The notes under the pieces were generated by a model that was given only the letters and a program-made list of their open reading frames with translations, was not told the DNA's origin and did no database searches. A program made the translations under genes and the position numbers. 64,000 nucleotides of DNA from Thermoplasmata archaeon (GTDB lineage: Archaea > Thermoplasmatota > E2 > UBA202 > JdFR-43). The DNA lies in the NCBI GenBank assembly GCA_021162065.1, contig JAGGZK010000042.1, positions 506 to 64,505 on the forward strand, read 5' to 3'. Shown here piece after piece: positions 29,757 through 38,455 of this stretch (the first letter of the stretch is position 1; each line of letters begins with the position of its first letter).

Positions 29757-29843
29757 GCTGAGGTAGCCAAGCCCGGACCAAGGCGCAGGCCTTGAGAGCC
29801 TGTGGGGCTATGCCCCGCGAGGGTTCAAATCCCTCCCTCAGCG
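29757..29843 (+). tRNA. tRNA-Ser (anticodon UGA) with long variable arm
   Basis: Acceptor GCUGAGG/CCUCAGC, anticodon stem CAGGC/GCCUG with loop CUUGAGA (UGA), long extra arm UGGGGCUAUGCCCCGC, T-arm GAGGG-UUCAAAU-CCCUC, discriminator G. 87 nt. Confidence 0.85.
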
Positions 29844-29919
29844 CTTTTTTAATATTAATTTCCCCGGCACAGCAAAATCTCGATAAAGATTTATTAACAC
29901 AGAAGGGTATTAGGAGGAG

Positions 29920-30795
29920 ATGCAGAAAGAACATGCAATCCTTGTTTCCATCGTTGCTCTCATATGGGGCGGCTCTTTCATTGCGGTGAAAATTGGTGTT
30001 GAGAGCATTTCCCCAGTAACCCTTGCTTTTTTCAGATTTGCAGTGGCTTCTCCTTTAATGTTTTTAATCTTGGCTGGAAAGGGAAAGATTGTCAGAGTTT
30101 CTCCAAACGAGATTCCGTTGCTGATTGTTCTGGCTTTAACTGGTGTAACCTTGCTTTATATTCTTCAATTTACAGGTATCAAATATACCTCCGCCACAAA
30201 TTCCGCTCTCCTTATCAATACAAATGTCCTTTTCATCGCCATATTTTCATGGATTTTTCTGAAAGAGACCTTCTCATACAGAAAATTAATGGGAGTACTG
30301 CTTGCATTCACTGGTGCCATATTTGTAATTTCAAAGGGTTCTCTTTCCATATCCCCATCGATGAAGGGAGATATGCTTATTCTTCTCTCTGCTATATGCT
30401 GGGCAGTTTACAGCATAGTGGGAAAGAAATTGCTGGAGAAATATGATGCCCTGTCTCTAACAACCTATGCCTTCGTCATAGGTACTTTTCTTTTCATTCC
30501 ATTTGTTTACCATGACCTGTGGAGCATAAAGATAACCATAAAAGAGTGGGCAGTTATTTTATATCTCGCCCTCCTATGTTCGGTATTTGCTTATGTTGCC
30601 TGGTATTATGCTTTGAAAAGGGCGGATGCAACAGAGGTGGCTATTTTTTTGAATTTAATACCTCTTTTTACAATGTTTCTCGCCCACCTTGTTTTAAAAG
30701 AAAGGATAACCATATTCACCCTGATCGGGGCATCTTTTATCATCTATGGCATATATGTCACTCTGTCAGAGAAAAAGGGTGAGGGATATGGATAA
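29920..30795 (+). CDS. EamA / DMT family permease
   Basis: LVSIVALIWGGSFIAVKIG N-terminal EamA motif. Two 5-TM repeats. Confidence 0.8.
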   Translation: MQKEHAILVSIVALIWGGSFIAVKIGVESISPVTLAFFRFAVASPLMFLILAGKGKIVRVSPNEIPLLIVLALTGVTLLYILQFTGIKYTSATNSALLINTNVLFIAIFSWIFLKETFSYRKLMGVLLAFTGAIFVISKGSLSISPSMKGDMLILLSAICWAVYSIVGKKLLEKYDALSLTTYAFVIGTFLFIPFVYHDLWSIKITIKEWAVILYLALLCSVFAYVAWYYALKRADATEVAIFLNLIPLFTMFLAHLVLKERITIFTLIGASFIIYGIYVTLSEKKGEGYG

Positions 30796-30860
30796 ATTTA
30801 ACAAATCTTTCCAGAGATTACAATACAAAACCATATAAATTCTCTCTCCTTAGAATTTTA

Positions 30861-31247
30861 ATGTCGGATGCCATAATGGAGGTGGATGATTTATCGTGGA
30901 GCAAAATATTTGAGAAGGAGGGAATGGCCGTTGTTGTTATGTTCTACAGCCCCACCTGCGCCCACTGCAGGGAAATGGAGCCCTATTTCACTGAATATGC
31001 GTTGAGATATCAAGGAAAGGTTATTTTTGCAAAGGTAAATGTCATGAGAAGCCCCTATGTGGTTAAAAGATATGGAATAATGAGCACTCCCACCTTCAAG
31101 TTCTTCTGTGATGCCCGCCCGGTGGAGGAGATAGTGGGCGCCGTCTATCCACCTCTCCTGAAAAAGACCATAGAGGATGTGCTGAAATACGGTAGGGAAT
31201 GTGTGAAAAGCTCCACTCCCATCCATGAGATAACGGGATACGGATAA
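30861..31247 (+). CDS. Thioredoxin-fold protein (CxxC = CAHC)
   Basis: FYSPTCAHCREMEP active-site context and PTF cis-Pro motif. Confidence 0.7.
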   Translation: MSDAIMEVDDLSWSKIFEKEGMAVVVMFYSPTCAHCREMEPYFTEYALRYQGKVIFAKVNVMRSPYVVKRYGIMSTPTFKFFCDARPVEEIVGAVYPPLLKKTIEDVLKYGRECVKSSTPIHEITGYG

Positions 31248-31538
31248 TCAGATCTTCTCTATTTTTCCACTCCTTCCCGTAGAAATCTGCAACTGGTTAT
31301 TCCACTCCTTTACCCATCCATCCGTGATTTTTATTATGTCATTCTCCTCCACCATGTCAATCTCATCGTTCCACAGGGTTATCTGAACCCTGCCCCCTTC
31401 ATCGTCCTCTCCAATCAGGTCGCATACCTTTGCTGTGCCGCCATATCTCCTGAAAACTTCCCTCGGTTCCTTCTTTTCCACTATCTTCAGAACAATTTCA
31501 TCCACATTCTTATTTGCCTTCAATTCAGATACCTTCAT
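31248..31538 (-). CDS. Small OB-fold nucleic-acid-binding protein (RPA-like / tRNA_anti-like)
   Basis: About 96 aa, with a beta-rich pattern (VDEIVLKIVEKKEPREV...GRVQITLWNDE...IKITDGWVKEWNNQLQIS) typical of single-OB proteins. The start is moved to the internal Met at 31538 to avoid reading through the neighbouring stop. Confidence 0.45.
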   Translation of the reverse strand: MKVSELKANKNVDEIVLKIVEKKEPREVFRRYGGTAKVCDLIGEDDEGGRVQITLWNDEIDMVEENDIIKITDGWVKEWNNQLQISTGRSGKIEKI

Positions 31539-31573
31539 TTTATCGCAGAATATGGGCGACGTTATATTTAAAA

Positions 31574-32152
31574 TCACCGCATGCCTGCTCCCCATCTTTC
31601 CATGTATATCATCTCCTTTACATCTCTCCTCCCCTCCCTTCTTTTCTCATCCGCAGAGTATCCAACAGGAAGTATCACCTCCAGTTTATAGTCATCATCA
31701 ACTTCCAGAAATTTCTCTATCTCTCTTGGGTTTGGAGGTGTGTATGTTACCGTGGCAAGCTCCTTCTCCTCCAGAGCAAGGAGAAGATAGCCAATCATGA
31801 GCCATGTGGACTGGATGAAATAGGGTGCCCTTCTCCATGAAAAAACCAGAAGTAGAAAGGGAGCATCTTCCAGAAAATCCTTTTTCCATGTTATTTTTCT
31901 CTCCGCCATCCACCTCCTCAATTCCTCCCATGCCCTCTCGTGAAAGTCCCTCTCCGCCCTCTCGCATATCTCTCTAACCTTCCTTTTCCTCTCCCCATCT
32001 CCCAGAATCAGAAATCTCCATGGCTGCATGTTCATGCCGGACGGCGCCTCCCTCGCCACCTCGATGCAGTGGAGCAGATCATCCATATCTATTTTCTTTC
32101 CGGAAAACCTTCTCACCGTTTTTCTTCTTCTCGCCAGATGGAGCAGATCCAT
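31574..32152 (-). CDS. Nitroreductase family protein
   Basis: RRKTVRRFSGKKI...APSGMNMQPWRF is the nitroreductase FMN-binding signature. Confidence 0.75.
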   Translation of the reverse strand: MDLLHLARRRKTVRRFSGKKIDMDDLLHCIEVAREAPSGMNMQPWRFLILGDGERKRKVREICERAERDFHERAWEELRRWMAERKITWKKDFLEDAPFLLLVFSWRRAPYFIQSTWLMIGYLLLALEEKELATVTYTPPNPREIEKFLEVDDDYKLEVILPVGYSADEKRREGRRDVKEMIYMERWGAGMR

Positions 32153-32171
32153 GGAAATAATCTCCTGTTTA

Positions 32172-32864
32172 TTAATAAACTTCCTTCATCGTTTCATGCA
32201 TGGCTATCTTTATGCCCTTCACCATTTCCTCCAACTCCATACCGTAACTCTTCTGGGATTTGAGGGGTGGAAGATGAATGAATCCAGCGGGGGTGCTTTT
32301 CCCATTCTCCTCCATGTAAAGAAGGGTGGAATAGAAGACATAGTTGCAGGAGTATGTTCCGGCAAAATAGGAAATCCTTGCATCCGTGCCGTTCTCTTCA
32401 ATACTTTCCACTATTTTTTCCACGGGCAGGGTGGAGAACATAAAAAGAGGAGCACCCCTCTCTATCCTCCTCCATCCAAGAAATTTATCTCCTAAATACA
32501 TGCTTTTTATGTTGAGGGCCACCTTCTCCACCTCAATTTTCCTCGCATATCCATCAAGCCCCATGCATATCACCGCCACCGGCTCGTATTTTTCGATGGC
32601 CTTCCTTATCTTTTCTGCCGATTGGTTAAAGTCAACCGGAAGGATAATCGCCATTACCATTGCACCATCCACCGTGCTTCCATTCATCTCCTCCACCACC
32701 ATCTCGGATGGATTTACGGCATAGCCATCAAATGGCCCAAACCCGGTAAGGAGGATGTAGTTACTGCTATTGCTGCCACCATGCGAGAAAGCAGGCACAG
32801 GGGCTGCGATTATGAGAAGGGATAGAATCAGAGCATATTTCATAAACAAAAAACGTTTTTTCAT
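32172..32864 (-). CDS. pcp: Pyroglutamyl-peptidase I (pyrrolidone-carboxylate peptidase, C15) with an N-terminal signal-peptide-like segment
   Basis: ILLTGFGPFDGYAVNPS, KIEVEKVALN (Glu), AGTYSCNYVFY (Cys) and GFIHLPP (His) match the Pcp catalytic triad context. The N-terminus MKKRFLFMKYALILSLLIIAAPVPAFS is hydrophobic. The track ORF extends 100 codons further upstream, which I rejected. Confidence 0.8.
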   Translation of the reverse strand: MKKRFLFMKYALILSLLIIAAPVPAFSHGGSNSSNYILLTGFGPFDGYAVNPSEMVVEEMNGSTVDGAMVMAIILPVDFNQSAEKIRKAIEKYEPVAVICMGLDGYARKIEVEKVALNIKSMYLGDKFLGWRRIERGAPLFMFSTLPVEKIVESIEENGTDARISYFAGTYSCNYVFYSTLLYMEENGKSTPAGFIHLPPLKSQKSYGMELEEMVKGIKIAMHETMKEVY

Positions 32865-32930
32865 ATAAGAATTTGCCCGATGAAGACACTTTCCAAAAAC
32901 TTTAATATCCTTCCCATCTTTTCTGCTTGG

Positions 32931-34646
32931 ATGTATATAAGGCAGCCCATAGTGGCAGTGCTGGGCCACGTCGATCACGGCAAGACAACGTTGCTGGACT
33001 ACATTAGGGGCTCCTGCGTGGCGGAGAGGGAAGCGGGGGCAATAACCCAGCATATAGGGGCGACGGAGGTGCCTGTCGAAACTATATACCACATATGCGG
33101 GAATCTGCTCAAAAATAAAAAGTTCAAAATCCCCGGGCTGCTTTTCATCGACACCCCGGGCCATTTCGCCTTCACCACCCTGAGGGCAAGAGGGGGGGCG
33201 CTGGCTGACCTGGCCATTCTGATAGTGGATATCAATGAGGGGATGATGCAGCAGACGGAGGAGTCCATTGAAATTCTCAAAAAATACCGCACCCCCTTTG
33301 TTGTCGCTGCCAACAAGATAGACGCCATAACCGGATGGAGGAGGGTTGATGGCATCATAAGCCAGCGGCTGGCCAGGCAGAATGAAAGGGTTCAGAGGGA
33401 GTTTGATGAGAAGTTTTACAAACTCGTTGGCAACCTTTATGAGAGGGGCTTTTCAGCCGACAGATATGACAGGATAAAGGATTTCACCAAAAATGTTGCC
33501 ATTGTCCCCATTTCCGCCAAGACAGGTGAGGGGGTGCCGGAACTTCTGATGATTCTCATAGGGCTTGCTCAGCGATTTCTGGAGCATCAGCTCATGACGG
33601 AGGAGAGTGAGGCGGAGGGCACGGTGCTGGAGGTGAAGGAGGAGAAGGGCCTTGGCACCACCATAGATGCGATAATCTACAATGGAATAATAAGGGAGGG
33701 GGACAAAATAGTGATAGGGGGGAGGAGAGAGCCTTTCGTAACCAACATAAGGGCGCTCCTGAAGCCAAAGCCCTTAGATGAGATAAGGGATCCATCAGAC
33801 CGTTTCATGAATGTTAAGGAGGCGCATGCCGCCTGCGGGATAAAGATAGCAGCTCCCAATCTGGAAAATACCTTTGCTGGCGCTCCTCTCAAGGTGGTGA
33901 AAAATCTGGAGGAGGACATAAAGAAGATAAACAGGGAGATGAGCATAGACATAAAGGGGGAGGATGAGGGAATAATACTGAAGGCGGATGCCATCGGCTC
34001 CATAGAGGCGTTGTATTACATGCTGAAGGAAAAGGGCATCCCGGTGAGAAAGGCGGAGGTGGGAGATATATCAAAGAGGGACATAGTGGAGGCGCAAACC
34101 AATGCCGACCCGCTCAACCGTCTCGTTCTGGGTTTCAATGTGAAGATATTGCCGGAGGTGGAGGATACGGGAGAGGTGGCTATTATAACCGATAAGATAA
34201 TATATCATCTTCTGGAGGAACTGGATGAATGGAGGGAGAGGAGGAAAAAGGAACTGGAGGAGGAGAAGAGAAAGGAAATCACCCATCCGGGAATGATTCT
34301 TTTCCTGCCCGATTTTACCTTCAGAGTAAGCAAACCCGCCATTGTGGGGGTGAGGGTGCTGGCTGGTGAGATAAGGCCGGGGCAGAAGCTTATAAGGGAC
34401 GATGGCAAGCCGGTTGGCAAGATAAAGAGCATACAGGCGGAGAAGCATACAATTCAGAAGGCAATACAGGGAATGGAGGTGGCGGTTGCCATAGAAGGGG
34501 CTACGGTGGGAAGACAGATAAAACCGGGCCAGATTATGCTGGTGGACATAAGCCAGAGCGAAATCCAGAAATTGCTGGACATGGATTTGAGCCCGGATGA
34601 AATGGATATTCTAAACAAACTCATCAGGATAAAGAGAGAGAAATGA
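32931..34646 (+). CDS. infB: Translation initiation factor aIF5B (IF2 homologue)
   Basis: RQPIVAVLGHVDHGKTTLLDYIRGS, DTPGH, NKID GTPase motifs and the C-terminal beta-barrel domains. No intein-sized insertion. Confidence 0.9.
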   Translation: MYIRQPIVAVLGHVDHGKTTLLDYIRGSCVAEREAGAITQHIGATEVPVETIYHICGNLLKNKKFKIPGLLFIDTPGHFAFTTLRARGGALADLAILIVDINEGMMQQTEESIEILKKYRTPFVVAANKIDAITGWRRVDGIISQRLARQNERVQREFDEKFYKLVGNLYERGFSADRYDRIKDFTKNVAIVPISAKTGEGVPELLMILIGLAQRFLEHQLMTEESEAEGTVLEVKEEKGLGTTIDAIIYNGIIREGDKIVIGGRREPFVTNIRALLKPKPLDEIRDPSDRFMNVKEAHAACGIKIAAPNLENTFAGAPLKVVKNLEEDIKKINREMSIDIKGEDEGIILKADAIGSIEALYYMLKEKGIPVRKAEVGDISKRDIVEAQTNADPLNRLVLGFNVKILPEVEDTGEVAIITDKIIYHLLEELDEWRERRKKELEEEKRKEITHPGMILFLPDFTFRVSKPAIVGVRVLAGEIRPGQKLIRDDGKPVGKIKSIQAEKHTIQKAIQGMEVAVAIEGATVGRQIKPGQIMLVDISQSEIQKLLDMDLSPDEMDILNKLIRIKREK

Positions 34647-36511
34647 ATCTCTTCCCCTACAAACCCAGGAGGAATCAGGAGAAAATTGTGAGGGTTATAG
34701 AGGATGCGCTAAGGGATGGAAAGCATCTCATTCTTGAAGCACCTGCTGGCTCAGGAAAAACAATATGTTCCCTCGCCGCCGCCCTTTCCTTTGCTAAGGA
34801 AAATGGAATGGGCATTGTTTATCTCACCCGCACCAACTCCCAGCAGAAACAGGCAATAAAGGAGCTCAAAGAGATGAACGTTGAGGGGATAAGGGCGGTG
34901 AGCATTCAGGGGAGGGCAAACATGTGTCTTCTGATGGAGGAAATTCCCTCGCTCCAGGAAAAATACGCGGGCAATGAGGAGGTGGCAAGATTATGCAGGG
35001 CGAGGAAAAAGAAGAGCATGGAGGCGCTGAGAGGGGAGAAGGTGGAGAACAGATGCCCCTTCTTCGAGAATTTCATCCTTACCCGGGATGATTTGAAGTT
35101 TGACAGGGTGGTTGCGGCTGAGGAACTTATGGAATACGGGAGAAAATATCGCATATGCGCATATGAAGTCAATAAAATGCTCGCCAGGAAGGCAGACATA
35201 ATAATAGCACCCTACATATATATATTCGATGAGTTTTTGCGGGAATCCTTCATCTCAAATTTTGGATATGCCCTGGAGAACAGCATACTGATAGTGGATG
35301 AAGCCCACAACCTGCCGGACTTCTGCCGCGAGTTGCTCTCCTTTTCCCTTTCATTGAATACCGTAAAGGGAGCGCTGAAGGAAGTAGAGGATTACGGAAT
35401 TAATGACTCGCAACTCCTCCATCTGATGGAGGCACTGGAGAGAATCCTGGAGAGAATGAAAAATGATATTCAGTTTTCGGAGACCAGCGATGCCCTTCTT
35501 CCGGAAAATAAACTCACGGAGGAGATGAAAAGGGAAGGGGTGGACGTGGCGAAGTTGAAGGACATGGGGGAAAGGATGGTGACATATGGTGACATAATAG
35601 CAGACATAAAGGAAAGCAGAAACATGATACCCCGCTCATTTGTGAGAAGCGTGGGCAATTTCCTTCTCAGATGGATTGAGATGAACGAAAAATGGGTGAA
35701 GATTGTGGAAAAAAATGAGGATAGTATAAAAATAGAGGGCTACTGTTTAGATGCTTCCCTCGCCTCATCCATCATAAACTCCTTTTACGCCAGCATCCAT
35801 ATGTCAGGAACGCTTCAGCCCATGGATGAATACAGGGACAGCATGGGTATCGATGCCTCCATGGCCACATTTCCCTCCCCCTTTCCGGAGAAGAACAGAA
35901 AGATAATCTACGTCAATGGGGTGAGCACCCGCTACTACATGGACGATGCCATGGTGGAAAAAATAGTCCGAGGACTGGAAAAAATATTCTCCACCATAGA
36001 GCGCAACACCCTCGTTCTTTTCCCCTCCTACTCAGTCCTTGGCAGATTTCTGGAGAAAATTAATGTTAAAAGAGGACTATACATGGAGGAGAGGGGGGAG
36101 AGGCAGGAGAGCATAATGGGAAAGCTCAGTGAATTCAAGGAAAAGGGCGGCATATTCCTCTCAGTTATGGGGGGAAGACTGGCGGAGGGCATTGACTTCC
36201 CCTCGGAGGAACTGGAGATGGTGATAATAGTGGGCATTCCATATCCTCCGCCGTCGGCAAAACAGGGTGCTCTCCAGGCGTACTACGATGCCAAATATGG
36301 TGATGGATGGAAATATGTGATGGAGGCCAGCGCCATAAGGAAGATGATGCAGGCCATAGGCCGCCTGATAAGGAGTGAAAATGACAGGGGGGTGGCGATA
36401 ATATTTGACGAGAGGGCAAAAAGATTCAGAAAATACATGAAGATGGAGCAGGCAGGGAATGCCGAGGAGGCGGCGGAAATGGCAAGAAGATTTTTTTCCC
36501 GGAGCGGCTAA
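34643..36511 (+). CDS. xpd: XPD/Rad3-family 5'-3' DNA helicase (FeS-cluster helicase)
   Basis: EAPAGSGKT Walker A, VDEAHNL DEAH box. Four Cys (NMCLL, RLCRAR, NRCPFF, ICAYE) form the FeS domain. 4-bp overlap with infB. Confidence 0.8.
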   Translation: MNLFPYKPRRNQEKIVRVIEDALRDGKHLILEAPAGSGKTICSLAAALSFAKENGMGIVYLTRTNSQQKQAIKELKEMNVEGIRAVSIQGRANMCLLMEEIPSLQEKYAGNEEVARLCRARKKKSMEALRGEKVENRCPFFENFILTRDDLKFDRVVAAEELMEYGRKYRICAYEVNKMLARKADIIIAPYIYIFDEFLRESFISNFGYALENSILIVDEAHNLPDFCRELLSFSLSLNTVKGALKEVEDYGINDSQLLHLMEALERILERMKNDIQFSETSDALLPENKLTEEMKREGVDVAKLKDMGERMVTYGDIIADIKESRNMIPRSFVRSVGNFLLRWIEMNEKWVKIVEKNEDSIKIEGYCLDASLASSIINSFYASIHMSGTLQPMDEYRDSMGIDASMATFPSPFPEKNRKIIYVNGVSTRYYMDDAMVEKIVRGLEKIFSTIERNTLVLFPSYSVLGRFLEKINVKRGLYMEERGERQESIMGKLSEFKEKGGIFLSVMGGRLAEGIDFPSEELEMVIIVGIPYPPPSAKQGALQAYYDAKYGDGWKYVMEASAIRKMMQAIGRLIRSENDRGVAIIFDERAKRFRKYMKMEQAGNAEEAAEMARRFFSRSG

Positions 36512-37377
36512 GGAGTCAAAATCTCGCACCCATCTTGCTTCACATACAGTGTATGCTCCGCCTGCGAAACAATGCCACCCTTCACCTCCACAAGTTTGAA
36601 GTATGGGGCGATGAGGCGGCGCTTCATCAAAAATGCGATTTTGAGAGGAGTTTTCTCCCCGTATATATCATAGAGCCATCTCTCAGCAAAGGGCAGCCCA
36701 TGGAATCTTTTCTTTATCTCCCTCACCATTGGGGAGTTGCTGCTCAGACGGTATATGTTCCCTATTCCCTCATCCACCACTATGCCGTCTCCGTTGGTCA
36801 CGAAGGGCTCTATGGCTATCACCTCCCCCTCCTTCAACCTCCTTCCCATTTTCCTGTAATAGTTGGGAATGGATATGCCCGCATGGAGATTATATCTCTC
36901 CAGAGAGTGACCCTGAAGATTTTTTACGGGAACAAATCCTTGCTCTATTATCTTCTCCTCTATGGCTCTGCTTATCTCCTCTATCTTCACCCCGGCTTTT
37001 ACCACTCTAATTGCCTCATGGAGGGCCATCTTTGCGGTTTCTATCAAATCAGCATATAGGGATGTGCCCACCTCCACGGTGGCGGCGGTGTCGCCTATGT
37101 AGCCATCGACATGTGCCCCCACATCGATTTTCACCACATCCCCTCTTTTGAAAACCTTTTCATCGTGCTTTGAGGGGGTGTAATGGGCGGCTGTGCTGTT
37201 GACGGATATGTTCACAGGGAATGCCAGCTCCGCCCTCTGGAGTATGTAATCCTCAATATACTCAGCCACCTCGAGATAGCTTCTCCCCTCCTTTACATAT
37301 GCTATGCCTTTCCTTCTTGCCTCTCCGGCAATCTTTCCCGCCTCCTTGTAGAGGTCATAATCTTCCATATATCTCAT
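36508..37377 (-). CDS. map: Methionine aminopeptidase type 2 (archaeal)
   Basis: Pita-bread fold motifs: KIDVGAHVDGYIGDTA, HGISIPNY-like HAG, EPF. Confidence 0.85.
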   Translation of the reverse strand: MRYMEDYDLYKEAGKIAGEARRKGIAYVKEGRSYLEVAEYIEDYILQRAELAFPVNISVNSTAAHYTPSKHDEKVFKRGDVVKIDVGAHVDGYIGDTAATVEVGTSLYADLIETAKMALHEAIRVVKAGVKIEEISRAIEEKIIEQGFVPVKNLQGHSLERYNLHAGISIPNYYRKMGRRLKEGEVIAIEPFVTNGDGIVVDEGIGNIYRLSSNSPMVREIKKRFHGLPFAERWLYDIYGEKTPLKIAFLMKRRLIAPYFKLVEVKGGIVSQAEHTLYVKQDGCEILTP

Positions 37378-37930
37378 CTCCTCCTATTGCTCCCTCCCTG
37401 ATGATTTTTAACTTTCCCTCCGAGACATCCACGACTGTGGAGGGTGTGCATGGCAGTTTTCCATAATCCATATAAAATGCCACTCCCCCACCGAGCTGTT
37501 CCTTCGCCTCCTCAATTGTGCATGGCTGCTTTCCTCCATGCAGATTTGCGCTGGTGGCGGTTATTACGACCTCGGCTGCAATTTCCCTCGCTGCTTGGCA
37601 GTCCACCACCCTTATGCCCACGCTATCTTTGGATATGATATCCGGAACAATATCTCTTTTTTTAAGTATGATGGTTATGGGGCCGGGCATAAAGGCATTT
37701 ATTATTTTTTCCGCCAAAGGGTTCAAAAACGCATACTCTCCCATCTCCTCCACGGAAGAGAGCATTATGGCAAGGGGCATGTGAGACGGCCTTCTTTTTA
37801 TCTCATAAACCCTCCTTACCGCATCCTCGTTAAATATGTCCGCTCCCAGTCCGTAGAGGGTATCGGTTGGATAAACCACCAGTTCTCCTTTCCTCAGAAT
37901 CTCTATCGCCTTTCTCACATCACTTCTCAT
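37355..37930 (-). CDS. L-threonylcarbamoyladenylate synthase, short YrdC/TsaC-type (Sua5 N-domain only)
   Basis: LVVYPTDTLYGLGAD and SANLHG YrdC signatures. 191 aa, with no C-terminal Sua5 domain. Confidence 0.8.
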   Translation of the reverse strand: MRSDVRKAIEILRKGELVVYPTDTLYGLGADIFNEDAVRRVYEIKRRPSHMPLAIMLSSVEEMGEYAFLNPLAEKIINAFMPGPITIILKKRDIVPDIISKDSVGIRVVDCQAAREIAAEVVITATSANLHGGKQPCTIEEAKEQLGGGVAFYMDYGKLPCTPSTVVDVSEGKLKIIREGAIGGDEIYGRL

Positions 37931-38381
37931 TTTTAATCAGGTCTCCAAGGGTGAGGGGGCGTGCCTCCTTCTTTTTTATCACCCCTCCTTCCACCTCCTG
38001 AAATAAACTTATGCCCAGAAGCTTCTCTATCTTTTTCACCGTGGCATCGGGAGGGCGAAGCTCCTCATTTTCTATCTTGGCGATGGTATTGGTTTTCTCT
38101 CCCACCTTTGCGCCCATTTCCTCTCTCGTCATACCCGCCTTCTCCCTCGCCTCCCTTATTTTCTTTCCCCATCCCGGCACCAGTTCCTGCTTCATCTCCT
38201 CGAAAACATCTCTGGAATAGGGAAGGGTTTTTTTCTTTGGTTTGAGAACAGGAGATGCTCTTTTTTCCGGAAGAACCATGCCATATTTGCTGCAATCCTG
38301 ACACACAAGCATTTCCACCCCCTCCACCAGGGCACGCTTCAACTTTGCCTCCTTTCCGCATATTTCACATCTCATTACCAT
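37920..38381 (-). CDS. Archaeal MBF1-like protein (N-terminal zinc ribbon + XRE-type HTH)
   Basis: CEICGK...CQDCSKYG zinc ribbon followed by KIREAREKAGMTREEMGAKVGEKTNTIAKIEN HTH. The track ORF has about 70 spurious extra N-terminal codons. Confidence 0.65.
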   Translation of the reverse strand: MVMRCEICGKEAKLKRALVEGVEMLVCQDCSKYGMVLPEKRASPVLKPKKKTLPYSRDVFEEMKQELVPGWGKKIREAREKAGMTREEMGAKVGEKTNTIAKIENEELRPPDATVKKIEKLLGISLFQEVEGGVIKKKEARPLTLGDLIKNEK

Positions 38382-38455
38382 GCAATGCTTTCCCACAATA
38401 TGAATTTTTTCGATGATGGGAGAAAAATATAAATGCCACATATATTGGAGAACAC

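Noticed and set aside
32865-33164. 100-codon N-terminal extension of the Pcp ORF (track 32172..33164)
   Set aside because: The extension runs antisense through the aIF5B start region and precedes a perfectly placed Met plus signal peptide. The start was reassigned to 32864.
32931-36511. Checked aIF5B and XPD, and also pyrG, tuf and ftsZ, for inteins or large insertions
   Set aside because: Protein lengths (588, 622, 529, 428 and 356 aa) and motif spacing are canonical. No Hint/homing-endonuclease blocks are present.
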